Assembly (NCBI GenBank): GCA_963848295.1
Contig: CAWKDB010000010.1
Span: 4,256,001 to 4,320,000, forward strand
Origin: an uncultured delta proteobacterium
Lineage (GTDB): Bacteria > Myxococcota_A > Polyangia > Haliangiales > Haliangiaceae
Direction: 5' to 3'
Length of the DNA stretch: 64,000 nucleotides
Part shown: positions 36,573 to 48,181 of the stretch, in pieces
Layout of the letters: each line of letters starts with the position of its first letter
Numbering within the stretch: position 1 is the stretch's first letter
The notes under the pieces: model-generated
Databases searched by the model: none
What the model saw: the letters and a program-made list of their open reading frames with translations, nothing else
What the model was told of the DNA's origin: nothing
Program-made: the position numbers and the translations under genes

Positions 36573-39431
36573 GTGAGGCAGCCGGTCCCCTTCGGGAAGT
36601 ATCTGCTGCTCGACCGAATCAGCGTCGGCGGCATGGCGGAGGTCTTCAAGGCCAAGAGCTATGGCGTTGAAGGCTTCGAGAAGATCATCGCGATCAAGCG
36701 GATCTTGCCCACGATGGGCGAGGACCGCGACTTCATCAAGATGTTCATCGATGAAGCGAAGATCGCGGGTCAGCTCGCGCACGCGAACATCTGTCAGATC
36801 TTCGAGCTCGGTCGGATCGACGGCTCGCACTTCATCGCGATGGAGTTCATCTGGGGCAAGGACCTGCTCCAGATCCAGAACCGGCTGCGCAAGCTCAAGC
36901 AGGGCATGCCGGTCGCGACCGCCGCGTTCGTGCTCGCGAAGGTGCTCGAGGGTCTCGACTACGCGCACCGCAAGCGCGATCCGCTCGGCCGTCCGCTCGA
37001 GATCGTGCACCGCGACTGCTCGCCGCAGAACGTGCTCGTATCGTACGAAGGCGAAGTCAAGGTCATCGACTTCGGCATCGCCAAGGCGACGTCGCGCAAC
37101 TCGCGCACGATGGCCGGCGTGCTCAAAGGCAAGTTCGGCTACATGTCGCCGGAGCAGGTCCGCGGCCTGCCGCTCGATCGCCGCAGCGACATCTTCGCGC
37201 TCGGCACGATGTTGTTCGAGTGTCTGACCGGCGAGCGGCTGTTCGCGGGCGAAACCGATTTCTCGACGCTCGAGAAGGTGCGCAACGTCGACATCCAATC
37301 GCCGCGCACGATCAACCCGGACATCCCGGTCGAGGTCGAGCGCATCATCATGAAGGCGCTGTCGAAGGACGTCGACGAGCGCTACCAGTGGTGCAGCGAG
37401 ATGCTCGCCGATCTCCAGCAGTACCTGATGGGCGAGGACGTCGTGTTCACGGCGAAGTCGCTGTCGGGCTGGCTCAAGGATGTGTTCTCGACCGAGATCG
37501 AGCGCGAGCGCGCGCTGCTCGAGCAGTACAAGCGCGTCGGTCGCGATGGCTTGATCGCGGGCTTGCCGTCGGCGGAGGCCAAGCTCGATGTCGTCGAGCA
37601 CCTCGGCGCGGCGGGCATGCCGGAAGGCGATGCGACGACGCTGGGTGGTCCGAACTTCGACGACATCGAGCAAGCGACCAATTCTTCGCCCGAGGTCGGT
37701 CCGGCGCCGGGCTCGCCGGCTGCGCTCGGTCGAATCGGCGACGAAGGCGACTTCGGCGAGGAGCTCCCGACCGAGATCTTCGGCGAGGCCCACGACAGCG
37801 CTCCGACGTTCCAGCCCGAGCGCGCACCGTCGCCGCGCGGCCAGCCACCAACGACGAGGCCGCCGAGGCCACCGCCGGCTCGGCCGATCACCGCGCCGCG
37901 TCCAGATCCGATTCCGCCACGTGCGCCGGCCGGCTCGGTGCCGATGAGCGCGCCGCAGCAATCGCAACCGATGCCGCAGCAGCTGCACTCGCCCCCGCAA
38001 CCGATGCAACAGCCGGCGCCGATCGGCATGGGCTCGCAGCCTGGCCCGTACAATGCTCAGGGCACGTTTCAGCCGCACGTCGCCGCGCCGCAGTCATCGC
38101 CGCCGAGCGGCTATGCGGTCCAGAGCTACGTCTCGAATCCTTCGGCGCAGTTCGCGGCGCAGCAGCCGCAGTACGCGCAGTATCCTCAGAACCAGGTCCC
38201 GTCATCGCTCGCGACACCGCCGCCGCTCGTCGGAGTCGGGCTCAACCCAGCGTCGAATCGCACCGTGCTCGGGATGTCGGCGCCGATGGCGGCGCAGCCG
38301 AATCCGTACAACAACGGCTATGCCCAGCCACAACAACCGCAGCAGTACGCTGGCTACGCGGGCTATGCGCAGCAGGGCTATTCACCGCAAGGTCAGCCGC
38401 AGCAGGGCTACGGCATGCCGTACCAAGGCGGCCCCGCCTCGCCGGTCGACTCGCAAGCACAACCGGCGGTCGCGACCCCGCGCAAGTCGACGCTCGCGCG
38501 TGATATCGGCATCGGCGTGGCGATCGCGGCGCTGCTGCTCGTCGGCTTCCTCGCGCTCAAGCTGTTCGTGCTCGATGCCGACAGCCCGCCAGCCGCCACC
38601 GGGGCGCCACTCGCGACGGTCGAGATCGGGCTGCCGAACGGCGTCACCGCCGAGATGTACGTCGACGGCGTCAAGACGCTCGCCGCCGTCACCGACAAGG
38701 CCATGGTCCCGGTCACCGCGGGGGTGCGCAAGATCAAGTTGCTCGGCCCCGATGGCAAGTCGTGCGAGCAATCGCTCAAGCTCGAGCCCGGCAAGACCGC
38801 GGCATTTCCGTGCACCGGCCTCGCACCTCCAGCGGAACCCGCGACCGGCAGCGCGACGCCTGCGGCCGGCAGCGGCAGCGCAACGCCAGCGAGCACCGGC
38901 TCCGGCTCGGCGACCGCGGAAGCGACGAAGCCGGCCGATGCGGCGGCGCCGACGGCCGGTAGCGGCAGCGCGGCGCCAGCGGGCTCCGGCTCGTCGACCG
39001 TGGAAGCAGCGAAGCCGGTCGACACGAAGCCGGCTGACACCAAGCCGGCCGACACCAAGCCAGCCGACCACGCGATGCCCGCTGCTGCCGCGAAGCCGAT
39101 GACTACGACGGTCCAACATGCTTCGTCATCGGTCGCGTCGACCGTGCACCACGACGAGGTCCGACCGGCCAGGCCTGCGGACGTGGCAAAGCCCGCCGAC
39201 GTGCCGGCCGATTCGAGCGCGAAGGGCTACCTCCAAGTGTTCTCGAAGCCGTCTGCGAAGATCCTGATCGACGGCAAGGATTCCGGCCTGTCGACACCGA
39301 TCGCCGGCCGCGCGCTCTCGCTGCCAGTCGGCAAGCACAAGGTCAGCTTCGTGCTCGGCGAAGACAGCTACACCTATCCGGTCACGGTCGAAGCGGGTCA
39401 GACCGCCACGTTATCGCGCAACCTCGAATAG
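36573..39431 (+). CDS. Ser/Thr protein kinase with Pro/Gln-rich linker, TM and PEGA domain
   Basis: FGKYLLLDRISVGGMAEVF, HRDCSPQN, DFG, GKFGYMSPEQ; C-terminal GYLQVFSKPSAKILIDG. Confidence 0.95.
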   Translation: MRQPVPFGKYLLLDRISVGGMAEVFKAKSYGVEGFEKIIAIKRILPTMGEDRDFIKMFIDEAKIAGQLAHANICQIFELGRIDGSHFIAMEFIWGKDLLQIQNRLRKLKQGMPVATAAFVLAKVLEGLDYAHRKRDPLGRPLEIVHRDCSPQNVLVSYEGEVKVIDFGIAKATSRNSRTMAGVLKGKFGYMSPEQVRGLPLDRRSDIFALGTMLFECLTGERLFAGETDFSTLEKVRNVDIQSPRTINPDIPVEVERIIMKALSKDVDERYQWCSEMLADLQQYLMGEDVVFTAKSLSGWLKDVFSTEIERERALLEQYKRVGRDGLIAGLPSAEAKLDVVEHLGAAGMPEGDATTLGGPNFDDIEQATNSSPEVGPAPGSPAALGRIGDEGDFGEELPTEIFGEAHDSAPTFQPERAPSPRGQPPTTRPPRPPPARPITAPRPDPIPPRAPAGSVPMSAPQQSQPMPQQLHSPPQPMQQPAPIGMGSQPGPYNAQGTFQPHVAAPQSSPPSGYAVQSYVSNPSAQFAAQQPQYAQYPQNQVPSSLATPPPLVGVGLNPASNRTVLGMSAPMAAQPNPYNNGYAQPQQPQQYAGYAGYAQQGYSPQGQPQQGYGMPYQGGPASPVDSQAQPAVATPRKSTLARDIGIGVAIAALLLVGFLALKLFVLDADSPPAATGAPLATVEIGLPNGVTAEMYVDGVKTLAAVTDKAMVPVTAGVRKIKLLGPDGKSCEQSLKLEPGKTAAFPCTGLAPPAEPATGSATPAAGSGSATPASTGSGSATAEATKPADAAAPTAGSGSAAPAGSGSSTVEAAKPVDTKPADTKPADTKPADHAMPAAAAKPMTTTVQHASSSVASTVHHDEVRPARPADVAKPADVPADSSAKGYLQVFSKPSAKILIDGKDSGLSTPIAGRALSLPVGKHKVSFVLGEDSYTYPVTVEAGQTATLSRNLE

Positions 39432-39464
39432 CCGGTCCCGACGCCGATCGATCGGCCCTCGGGC

Positions 39465-40061
39465 CTACTTCGCTTCGTGCTGCTCGAGCTCGCGCAGCTT
39501 GGTCTCGAGCTCTTCGATCCGATCGGCGAGCGACTTGACGTCCTTGTTGACGCTCGCCCACGGCGAGATCGTCTGCGAGATGCCCTCGATCGCGCCGCGG
39601 ATCTTGCCGTCGACCTGCTTCTGCCACTCGTCGAGCCGACCCTTCGAGTGGTCGACCCACTCGCGCAGCGCCGCGACGCTCCGCCGCTTCTGGGCGGCTT
39701 CTTCGAGCACGGGATCGGGGTTCGTCGGCTCGGGCTCGGGCTCGGGCTCGTCGCCTTTGCGCTTGCCCGGCAAGATGCTCTGGACGCGGCGTTGCGCCTC
39801 CGCGAACCATTCGCCACCGCTCTGGATGATGTTGCGCATCGCGGCGAGCGGCAGGAAGCTGCGCTGCTTCTTTTCTTCTTCGAAGATGATCTGAGCGAGC
39901 GTGACCGTCGTCAGGTCTTCCTTGGTCTTGTTATCGACGATCTTGACGTCGTCCCCGGCGCGGATCATTTCGCTGATCTGATCGAGCGTCACGTACCGGC
40001 TGTGCTCGGTGTCGTAGAGCTTGCGGTTCGCGTAGCGCTTGATGATCCGAGTTTCCGGCAT
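39465..40061 (-). CDS. PhaR-type (PHB_acc_N) DNA-binding regulator
   Basis: IIKRYANRKLYDTEHSRYVTLDQI...EDLTTVTLAQII. Confidence 0.88.
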   Translation of the reverse strand: MPETRIIKRYANRKLYDTEHSRYVTLDQISEMIRAGDDVKIVDNKTKEDLTTVTLAQIIFEEEKKQRSFLPLAAMRNIIQSGGEWFAEAQRRVQSILPGKRKGDEPEPEPEPTNPDPVLEEAAQKRRSVAALREWVDHSKGRLDEWQKQVDGKIRGAIEGISQTISPWASVNKDVKSLADRIEELETKLRELEQHEAK

Positions 40062-40180
40062 GGCGCTCCTCAATGATTCCAACGTTATCACGCACCGCGC
40101 CATGGCCTCAACGTGCCAGAATCTTCGTCGTGGGGCCGGACTTCATCCTCGCGCGCCTCAAGGCGATTCGCGAACCCCGG

Positions 40181-40891
<711 letters not shown>

Positions 40892-40955
40892 GCACCGAAG
40901 TGCCCCACAGATCGATCGGTATTCGGCGTCGCTCGCGAGTTAGCATCGGAGGCAC

Positions 40956-41333
40956 ATGCAGCGCATAACCCTAGTTGTCGGTGCGACGCTCGCCGCCTGT
41001 GGCGGCGGCGGCAGCAGCGACGCCGGAAAACCGATCGATGTTCTGGGCACCAGCATCGCTGTGGTCAGCTGCACCGGCAGCTCGCCCAACCGCACGATCT
41101 CGACCGATGACGACGATATGACCTACTCGCCGTCTGCGGTGACGATCCAGCCGGGCGAGATCGTCAAGTTCACGATGTCGAGCACGCACAACGTGACGCC
41201 AAACGCGACCGGCAGCGATCCAGCGATCGTCGTCCCATTCGGCGGGACGGTATGCATCACGTTCCCGAAGACCGGAACCTTCGGCTTCCACTGCTCGGCG
41301 CACAACTTCCAAGGCACCGTCACGGTGCAGTAG
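40956..41333 (+). CDS. Cupredoxin/plastocyanin-like lipoprotein (paralog A)
   Basis: [33 protein letters not shown]. Confidence 0.85.
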   Translation: MQRITLVVGATLAACGGGGSSDAGKPIDVLGTSIAVVSCTGSSPNRTISTDDDDMTYSPSAVTIQPGEIVKFTMSSTHNVTPNATGSDPAIVVPFGGTVCITFPKTGTFGFHCSAHNFQGTVTVQ

Positions 41334-41352
41334 GCGGCTGCGCCGGAGCGCG

Positions 41353-41639
41353 TTACTCCGCGGCTGCAGCGTCTTTTTCGGCGACTTCTTACGGCGAACG
41401 ACGACTTCTTCCCACTCCTCGTCGTCGTCCTCATCGGCGGCGTCGAGCTCTTTGGCGGCCTTGCCACCAGCGATGGCCTTGCCGCCTTTCTTGACCTCGA
41501 TTTCGTCGTCGCCGGCCGACGCTCGCTTGAAGTTCTTGATACTGCGGCCAAGCGCGTCGCCGATGCTCGGCAGCTTGTTAGCGCCGAACACGATCAACAC
41601 GATGACTAGAATGACGAGGAGCTCGGGCAACCCGGGCAT
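41353..41639 (-). CDS. tatA: Twin-arginine translocase TatA/E; likely 1-nt indel near the 3' end
   Basis: [38 protein letters not shown]; a shift near 41390 gives [16 protein letters not shown] at 41353. Confidence 0.88.
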
Positions 41640-41759
41640 GGGGTTTCTCCTTAATGACTTCGAGCACTTTAGCATCGATTTGCGGCCAGGCGCGGCCTTA
41701 CCGTCGAAACGCCGCCTGAAAACTTGGTGAAATCGACGGCTCGCGCCATCTTCGCCCTC

Positions 41760-43766
41760 ATGCGCGTCGATCGAACCGCACTGCCCTTCGGCAGTGGGTC
41801 CGTGCATGCCGGCCTCGTTCTGGTGTGCGTGGCGCTATGCACCACCGCCGCCTACGCCGATCCTGCGATTCATGCAGGGCCTCAGCCGGCGCCACCGGTC
41901 CATGTGGCCGATCCCTCGCTGCCGCAGCAGCTCGATGGCCGCGGCGCCGTGCGAGGCTGTCCGGTTGGTGAGACCTGCGTCCGGCCCTCCGATGCGTTGC
42001 GCGAGGTCGAGCTCGAGATGTTTCCACGGCCCGGCGCCGATCCTTGGATCGACGAACGGACCGCGCCGGGCAGTCGGCTCGAGTCGCGCCCCGCGCGCAA
42101 GATCACCAAGCCGTCCGAGCTGCGCCCCGATGCGCCGTGGCTCGATCAGCTCGCGATGCCCGATCTACCGGTGACCTGGACGCAGCGGCTCGCCGACTAC
42201 CTCGTGTTCTACAAAGACGATCCGCGCGGTCACGCGATCATGCAGAGCTGGCTCGAAGCGCAGGGCCGCTATCGCGACATGATCGTGCACCACCTGCACG
42301 ACGCGCATCTTCCGGAGGACTTGCTGTACGACTCGATGATCGAGTCGTCGTACGACCCGGGCGATTCTTCGTCCGCGGGCGCGCTCGGGATCTGGCAGTT
42401 CATGCCCGAGGGCGGGCGGATCTACGGGCTGCGCGAAGATCGCTGGGTCGACGAGCGGCGCGATCCGCTGCGCTCGACGATCGCGGTGGTCGACTACTGG
42501 AAGGATCTCTATCAACGGTTCGGCGACTGGCAGCTCGCGCTCGCCGCGTTCAACGTCGGCTACGGCGCGATGTTGCATTCGATCGCGCGCTACAACACGA
42601 ACGACTACTACCAGCTGTGCCAGCTCGAGAACGCGCTGCCGTGGGAGACGTGCCTGTACACGCCGAAGGTGCTCGCGGCGGCGATCGTCGGCCACAACCG
42701 CAAGCTGTTCGGCTTCGATCAGGTCGTGGAGTCGCCGCCCGAAACGTGGGACGAGGTCGTGGTGCCGACGTCGGTGTCGCTCGCCGTGATCGCCCGCGCA
42801 GCGGGCGCGAGCGAAGCGGATGTCAAACGGCTCAACCCGCAGCTGCGCCACGGCCGGACCCCACCGGGCGAGGCCGGCTATGTCGTCCGCGTTCCCGCCG
42901 GTGCGAAGGCGGAGTTTCAGCGCAAGCTCGTCGAGCTCGAGAGCGAGTGGAACGGCTACGACGCGTACGTGCTCGGGCACGGCGAGCGGTTCGAGGATGT
43001 CGCGACGACGTACGGGATCTCGACCGCGCAGCTGCGCAAGCTCAACGACGTCGCGCGCGACGCCGAGGTCGATGGCGGCACGGTGCTCGTCGTGCCGCGG
43101 ATCACCGCCGAGGCTCGCGACAAGAACCGCGCGAAGGCAAACGCGAAGTTGCTCGGCTCGGGCGTCGATCAGAAAGACGGCGAGCGGCTGATCGTCGCGG
43201 TGCCGGACAAAGACGCGCACGTCGCGGGCAAGCGCCGCGTGTTCTATCGCGTCGTCGCCGGCGACACGCTCGCGGGCATCGCGAAGGCGTTCGACACGAG
43301 CGGCCGCGAGCTCGTCGAGTGGAACGCGATCGATCCCGACGCGAAGCTCCACCCGCGCATGGTGCTCGCGCTCTGGGTCGCGCCGGACTTCGATCCGGCC
43401 GCGCACCACTGCGACTTGCTCGACGACGACCAAGTCATCGTCGTCACCCGCGGCTCGGTGGAGCACCTCGATCTCGCAGAGCAGCGAACCGGTCGGGTCC
43501 GCACCGAGTACGTCGCCAAGGGCAAAGAGAAGCTCGCCGACGTCGCGAAGCAGTTCGGGATGGGCTCGCACGACCTCGCGCGGATCAACCAGATCTCGTA
43601 CGACACCGTGCTCGACAAGGGCCAGACGATCGTCGTGTACCAGGTCGCCGATCCGAAGCGCTCGGCACGCGCCAGCGAGCAGTGGAAGAAGACCCCGCGC
43701 GCTCGTCGCGGGAAAGTCGCCGCAGTGCCGGCAGGCCCGGTGACGCGCCCGGCGGATGTCGAGTAG
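41760..43766 (+). CDS. mltD: Lytic murein transglycosylase MltD-like with LysM domains
   Basis: [34 protein letters not shown]; Lys[15 protein letters not shown]. Confidence 0.88.
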   Translation: MRVDRTALPFGSGSVHAGLVLVCVALCTTAAYADPAIHAGPQPAPPVHVADPSLPQQLDGRGAVRGCPVGETCVRPSDALREVELEMFPRPGADPWIDERTAPGSRLESRPARKITKPSELRPDAPWLDQLAMPDLPVTWTQRLADYLVFYKDDPRGHAIMQSWLEAQGRYRDMIVHHLHDAHLPEDLLYDSMIESSYDPGDSSSAGALGIWQFMPEGGRIYGLREDRWVDERRDPLRSTIAVVDYWKDLYQRFGDWQLALAAFNVGYGAMLHSIARYNTNDYYQLCQLENALPWETCLYTPKVLAAAIVGHNRKLFGFDQVVESPPETWDEVVVPTSVSLAVIARAAGASEADVKRLNPQLRHGRTPPGEAGYVVRVPAGAKAEFQRKLVELESEWNGYDAYVLGHGERFEDVATTYGISTAQLRKLNDVARDAEVDGGTVLVVPRITAEARDKNRAKANAKLLGSGVDQKDGERLIVAVPDKDAHVAGKRRVFYRVVAGDTLAGIAKAFDTSGRELVEWNAIDPDAKLHPRMVLALWVAPDFDPAAHHCDLLDDDQVIVVTRGSVEHLDLAEQRTGRVRTEYVAKGKEKLADVAKQFGMGSHDLARINQISYDTVLDKGQTIVVYQVADPKRSARASEQWKKTPRARRGKVAAVPAGPVTRPADVE

Positions 43767-43775
43767 GATCGACCG

Positions 43776-44144
43776 ATGTCGAGACTGACCCTGCTTGCAA
43801 TCGTCTTCGCCGCGTGTGGTGGTGGCGGCGCCGCCGCGATCGATGCTCCGCCGCAGGTCTCCACGCTCGTCGATGTCGACTGCACCTCGATCGCGCCGAC
43901 CGCGACGATCACGACGAACGACGCGACGATGACCTACGCGGGCAGCCCCGCGACGATCAACATGGGTCAGGTCGTCCAGTTCACGACGTCGGCGAACCAC
44001 GACGTCACCCCGAACACGACCGGCAGCGATCCGAAGCTCAGCGTCGATTTCTCGACGACGAAGTGCAAGATGTTCACGTCGACCGGCACGTACGGCTTCC
44101 ATTGTTCGGTCCACGGCTTCACCGGCAGCGTCACCGTTCAGTAG
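43776..44144 (+). CDS. Cupredoxin/plastocyanin-like lipoprotein (paralog B)
   Basis: FAAC; HDV, GTYGFHCSVH. Confidence 0.85.
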   Translation: MSRLTLLAIVFAACGGGGAAAIDAPPQVSTLVDVDCTSIAPTATITTNDATMTYAGSPATINMGQVVQFTTSANHDVTPNTTGSDPKLSVDFSTTKCKMFTSTGTYGFHCSVHGFTGSVTVQ

Positions 44145-44146
44145 GC

Positions 44147-45141
44147 CTACCTCTTGCGCGCGACGAACCGTTGGAGCTTCGCGCGATTCTCGCCCCAGTC
44201 CGGCACACCGTCGACGATCTCGTCGCGCACGATGTCCCAACCGCCGGCGAACTGCTTCGCGAGCGCGCCCGGCGCCGGGGCGCCATTGTCGTCGCCGTCG
44301 GCGGGATCGGGCGCGAAGTACTCGTAGATCACGAGCCCGCCGCGCTTCACCGAGCGCTGGATATCTGCGATCCGCTTCTGTGCCGAAGGTGCGTAGATCA
44401 GCGTGACGAGATCCCATCGGTCGATGCCGAAGTCGAACGTGCCGATGTCGCCGTCGATCAAGTCGAGCGCGAGTGAGCGCGCTCGCGCCTGGGCGCGCGC
44501 TTGGCCGAGCGCCTCGTCCGAGACGTCGATGCCGGTGACGTTCCAGCCGTGTGCCGCGAGGTACAACGCGTTGCGGCCCTGGCCTGTCGCGACGTCGAGA
44601 GCGGCGCCAGGGGGAGCTCGTGCTCGGCGGTCGACACGAGCAGGCGATTGGGCTCGTGGTCGAACCCGACCCCGTTGTGAAAGATCTGATTCCACTCCGC
44701 ACTCGCCGGCGGCGCACCGGCGATCTTCCAGCTCCAGTACACGAGCTTCCACGAGCCGGCTTCGCGCGCCCATCCAAGCGTGTACCAGCCGTCGTAGATG
44801 ACGCCGCCGCCGTGGACCTCGTTTCCCGCGTTTTGCTCGCGCGCCTTGCCGATGAACGTCGCCGAGCTCTCTCCGATGAACGTGCGTTCGTCGCTCCACG
44901 TCCGACTCGCAATCTGCGATGGCCCGGGCTTGCGCTTCGCGAGCCGCGCGAGCTCGTCGTCGCGGTCGCGGATCTCGGTCTCGTAGTGGACGAAGCCACG
45001 GCCGAGGATCGGGCGGACGGTCGCGAGCTCGCCGCGGTCGAACGCCTCGAGCACCGCATGGCTGTTGGCAACGAGCGTCTTCGCTGGCGGCGCTCCGGTC
45101 GCACAGCCACTCGCGATCGCGCTGATCAAGATGCCTCGCAC
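44147..45141 (-). CDS. Lipoprotein: SnoaL/DUF4440-like domain fused to class I SAM methyltransferase, frameshift near 44605
   Basis: ASGC lipobox; NTF2-like segment ending WAREAGSWKLVYW; ALDVATGQGRNALYLA..VTGIDVS. Confidence 0.75.
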
Positions 45142-45194
45142 CCCGGGTCTACCGGGCGCACGCACTCTGTATTCCGGCGCGACGACGTCCGCGG

Positions 45195-45719
45195 TCAAGC
45201 GCGCGAGCGGACGATGCGTTCGACCATCGCGGCGACGCCGAGCGCGCCCGAGATGATCGCGACCGGCGGCGCGACCGCGGGCGCGAGCGCGATGACGCCG
45301 AGCCCGATCAGCTCGACAACCGTCGCGGTCTTGCCGAGCCGAGACGCGCGCAGCCGGCCGAGCCGCGCTCGGAACGCGGGCGACATGCCGTAGGCGATCG
45401 CGAGCGGGAGTTGCAACAGCTCGCGCGCGGCGAGGAGCGCGAGCCACGGTGCCAGGTCCGGGGCGTGGGCGACGAACACGCCGATCGCGCTCGCGACGAA
45501 CAGCTTGTCGGCCAGCGGATCGAGCCAGTCACCGGGCGATGGCGCATCGAGGGCGACCCCCGCGCGACGGCGAGCGCGCCGCGCGACCTTGCCATCGAGC
45601 GCGTCGGTCAGCGCGGCGAGTGCGACGATCGCCGCGATCGACCACGGTGTTCGATACGCGAACCACAGCGCGGCGGCGAGCGGAAGGCGAGCCAGGGTCA
45701 ACGCGTGGGCGAACCACAA
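45195..45719 (-). CDS. CDP-alcohol phosphatidyltransferase
   Basis: LTDALDGKVARR...GDWLDPLADK. Confidence 0.88.
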   Translation of the reverse strand: MWFAHALTLARLPLAAALWFAYRTPWSIAAIVALAALTDALDGKVARRARRRAGVALDAPSPGDWLDPLADKLFVASAIGVFVAHAPDLAPWLALLAARELLQLPLAIAYGMSPAFRARLGRLRASRLGKTATVVELIGLGVIALAPAVAPPVAIISGALGVAAMVERIVRSRA

Positions 45720-45721
45720 AG

Positions 45722-46711
45722 CTAGAAGTCGAAGCCGGCGGACATCGCGAGTGTGCGCTGCGCCTTCGCGCCGTCCTTCGAATCGCAGTTCGTCGTGTCG
45801 ATCCCGGGCGTGCACATCGTGCTCGTGCCGGTGCGGTCGTCGACCGACGTGCCGGCGAGTGCGAACTGCGCTTCGATCGTCAGCTGAAACACGTAGTACT
45901 GGAACTTCGCGCCGACGAAGAACCGCTGGCGCAAGATGTTCGCTTGGTCCTTGAACACGAAGTTGTTGAGCGCGGCGTTCGCGTTGCCAGGCGATTGCGG
46001 GTCTTCGTTTTGGGTCGGATCGACGACGTCGGAGCGCGGGATGATGAACAGCACGTTCCAACCCGCATAGGGATCGAACCGCCAGGTGCCGCCGACGCCG
46101 ACGTGCTTCGACACGTCGATATCGAACGACGCGACCGTCAGATCGAGGTCGCGCTGGTTCATCATCCGCGACACCGAGCCGCGCGCCGAGACGCTCGGGA
46201 TCGGGAGGTCGTGATAGCCCTCGTTCAGGCCGATCTTCGTGTAGAGCTGGCCGGTCCAGATGTGCGAGTCGATCAGGTGGGTCGCGCCGGCGCCGACCTC
46301 GAACGACGGCACCGGGAACCACAGGCCCTTGCGCACGAAGAAGCCCGCGGTGCGCAGCATGCCAGGGCCGTTGACGCCGCCGGTCGTGCTGTTCGGATCG
46401 GAGCTGCCCTCGAGCACGCGCCAGTACGGCGCCGATTGATCGATCGTCGTCTCGCTGAGATCGGCGGTGAACTGAAAGCCCGAGAACCCGAGCGTGTCGG
46501 CGGGCGTCATCAGGTGCGGCGCGAGCACGACGCCGAGCTGCGACGCGAGCTCGCGGAACTCGAGGTTGTCGCCGATGTACGACGTCATCCCGTTCGCCGT
46601 GACCTTGGTAGCGAGCCGCGACAGCACGATGTCGTTGCTGTCCGCCGCCGCGATGTTCGCGACGAGACTTACGCCTAGCGCCATCGCCAGCGCGTGTGCG
46701 CGTCGTCGCAT
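45722..46711 (-). CDS. Putative outer-membrane beta-barrel protein
   Basis: Signal peptide, amphipathic strands, PADTLGFSGF, terminal aromatic AGFDF. Confidence 0.65.
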   Translation of the reverse strand: MRRRAHALAMALGVSLVANIAAADSNDIVLSRLATKVTANGMTSYIGDNLEFRELASQLGVVLAPHLMTPADTLGFSGFQFTADLSETTIDQSAPYWRVLEGSSDPNSTTGGVNGPGMLRTAGFFVRKGLWFPVPSFEVGAGATHLIDSHIWTGQLYTKIGLNEGYHDLPIPSVSARGSVSRMMNQRDLDLTVASFDIDVSKHVGVGGTWRFDPYAGWNVLFIIPRSDVVDPTQNEDPQSPGNANAALNNFVFKDQANILRQRFFVGAKFQYYVFQLTIEAQFALAGTSVDDRTGTSTMCTPGIDTTNCDSKDGAKAQRTLAMSAGFDF

Positions 46712-46744
46712 CGCCGTTAGCGTAGGCCCCGTCGCTGGCGGGTG

Positions 46745-47374
46745 TCAATCGTTGGAGAACACGAGCGGGTACGTGACGTCGATCCGGTCGCCCTCGGCGA
46801 GCGGCGGCAGCTCGAGCTGCTGGAGCGTGTCGCGCAAGCAGCTATCGAGCTCGTCGGGCAGCGCCTTGTCGGCGACGTCGTCGTGCAGCTGGTCGGCATC
46901 GATCAGCGTGCCGATGTCGGGATCGCCGGTCAACCGGAGGTGGGCCGCGACTTCCAGGTGACTGTTCGCCAGCTTCGGCAGCGCCTTCGTGTAGCACTCG
47001 GCGAGCAGTGGCAAGGCCTCGCGCATCGCGTCGCGCAGCGGGGTCACGATCGTCTGCGCGTCCGCGGTCGGCAGCGTGGGCTTCGCGCTCGACGGCGCGG
47101 GCGGCGAGGGCGCGGGGTCTGCTGCCGGCGCGGGAGCTGCGGCGTGGCGCGCTTTCGTCGCAGCGGCGATCGCGCTCGCGACTTCCCGCCGTTCGTCGGC
47201 GGTCGCTAGCCGGGTGACGTGACGCAGTGGATGCGGGACCTGCTTGGCCGGCGGTGGCTCGCTGCCCGGCGCGTTCGCGATGTCGGCGCGCGCGCTCGAA
47301 CGCTGCGCGAGGTAGACGAGCACTGCGAGCGCGACCAGCGCCGCGATCACGCCACCGATCACGAGCCGCTTCAT
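46745..47374 (-). CDS. Membrane-anchored protein with AgmX/PglI C-terminal (TonB-C-like) domain
   Basis: N-terminal TM, Pro/Ala linker, LAECYTKAL...SCL...VTYPLVF. Confidence 0.6.
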   Translation of the reverse strand: MKRLVIGGVIAALVALAVLVYLAQRSSARADIANAPGSEPPPAKQVPHPLRHVTRLATADERREVASAIAAATKARHAAAPAPAADPAPSPPAPSSAKPTLPTADAQTIVTPLRDAMREALPLLAECYTKALPKLANSHLEVAAHLRLTGDPDIGTLIDADQLHDDVADKALPDELDSCLRDTLQQLELPPLAEGDRIDVTYPLVFSND

Positions 47375-47428
47375 GCGGGCGAGACAACGCGCGTGGTCAT
47401 CGGGTTGCATGTTATTACACGTCCGGCC

Positions 47429-48181
47429 ATGGCCGAACACGCCACGATCCTCGTCGACGACACCGGGCCGGTCGCGCGGATCACGCTGAACCGCCCGGAC
47501 AAGCGCAACCCGATCGGGCCCGGCACCTGCGGCGAGCTGGTCGCGGCCTTTGCTGCGATCAAGGCGAACGTCATCGTGTTGACCGGCGCGGGGCCCGTGT
47601 TCTCGGCCGGCGGCGATCTCTCGGCGATGCAGCAACCTGCCGCCAGATCCGCGAGCTTGGTCGAGCTGTTCACGACGATGCACGCGCTCGGCAAGCCGAT
47701 CATCGCGATGGTCAACGGCCCGGCGCTCGCGGGCGGGCTCGGGCTGATGGTCGCGTGCGATCTCGTGATCGCGGCCGACACCGCGAGCTTCGGCACGACC
47801 GAGATCAAGGTCGGGCTGTGGCCGATGATGATCACCGCGGAGCTGACGCGCTCGGTCGGGCGCAAGAAGACGCTCGACATGATGTTGACCGGACGCAAGC
47901 TCGACGCCGCCGAGGCGCTCGCCTCGGGCCTCGTCAATCGCGTCGTGCCGGCCGCGAACCTCGAAGCCGAGACGATGCAGCTCGCGAACGAGCTCGCCGC
48001 CCGCAGCCCGGCGGCGCTCGCGCTCGGCTTGCGCGCGTTCTATCGCTCGCAGGACATGGAGCACGAGCCACAGCTGCGATTCCTCGAGGCGGAGCTCGGC
48101 CGCGTGCTCGCGCTCGAAGATGCCGCCGAGGGCATCGCGGCGTTCCTTGGCAAGCGCGATCCGGTGTGGAAAGGTCGTTGA
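47429..48181 (+). CDS. Enoyl-CoA hydratase/isomerase
   Basis: ITLNRPDKRN, FSAGGDL, ALAGGLGL..ACD, EGIAAFLGKRDPVWKG. Confidence 0.93.
   Translation: MAEHATILVDDTGPVARITLNRPDKRNPIGPGTCGELVAAFAAIKANVIVLTGAGPVFSAGGDLSAMQQPAARSASLVELFTTMHALGKPIIAMVNGPALAGGLGLMVACDLVIAADTASFGTTEIKVGLWPMMITAELTRSVGRKKTLDMMLTGRKLDAAEALASGLVNRVVPAANLEAETMQLANELAARSPAALALGLRAFYRSQDMEHEPQLRFLEAELGRVLALEDAAEGIAAFLGKRDPVWKGR

Noticed and set aside
40971..41807. 278-aa extended TatA
   Set aside because: The N-extension precedes the RBS-supported ATG at 41639, and the C-extension overlaps the cupredoxin antisense; one indel restores a normal stop.
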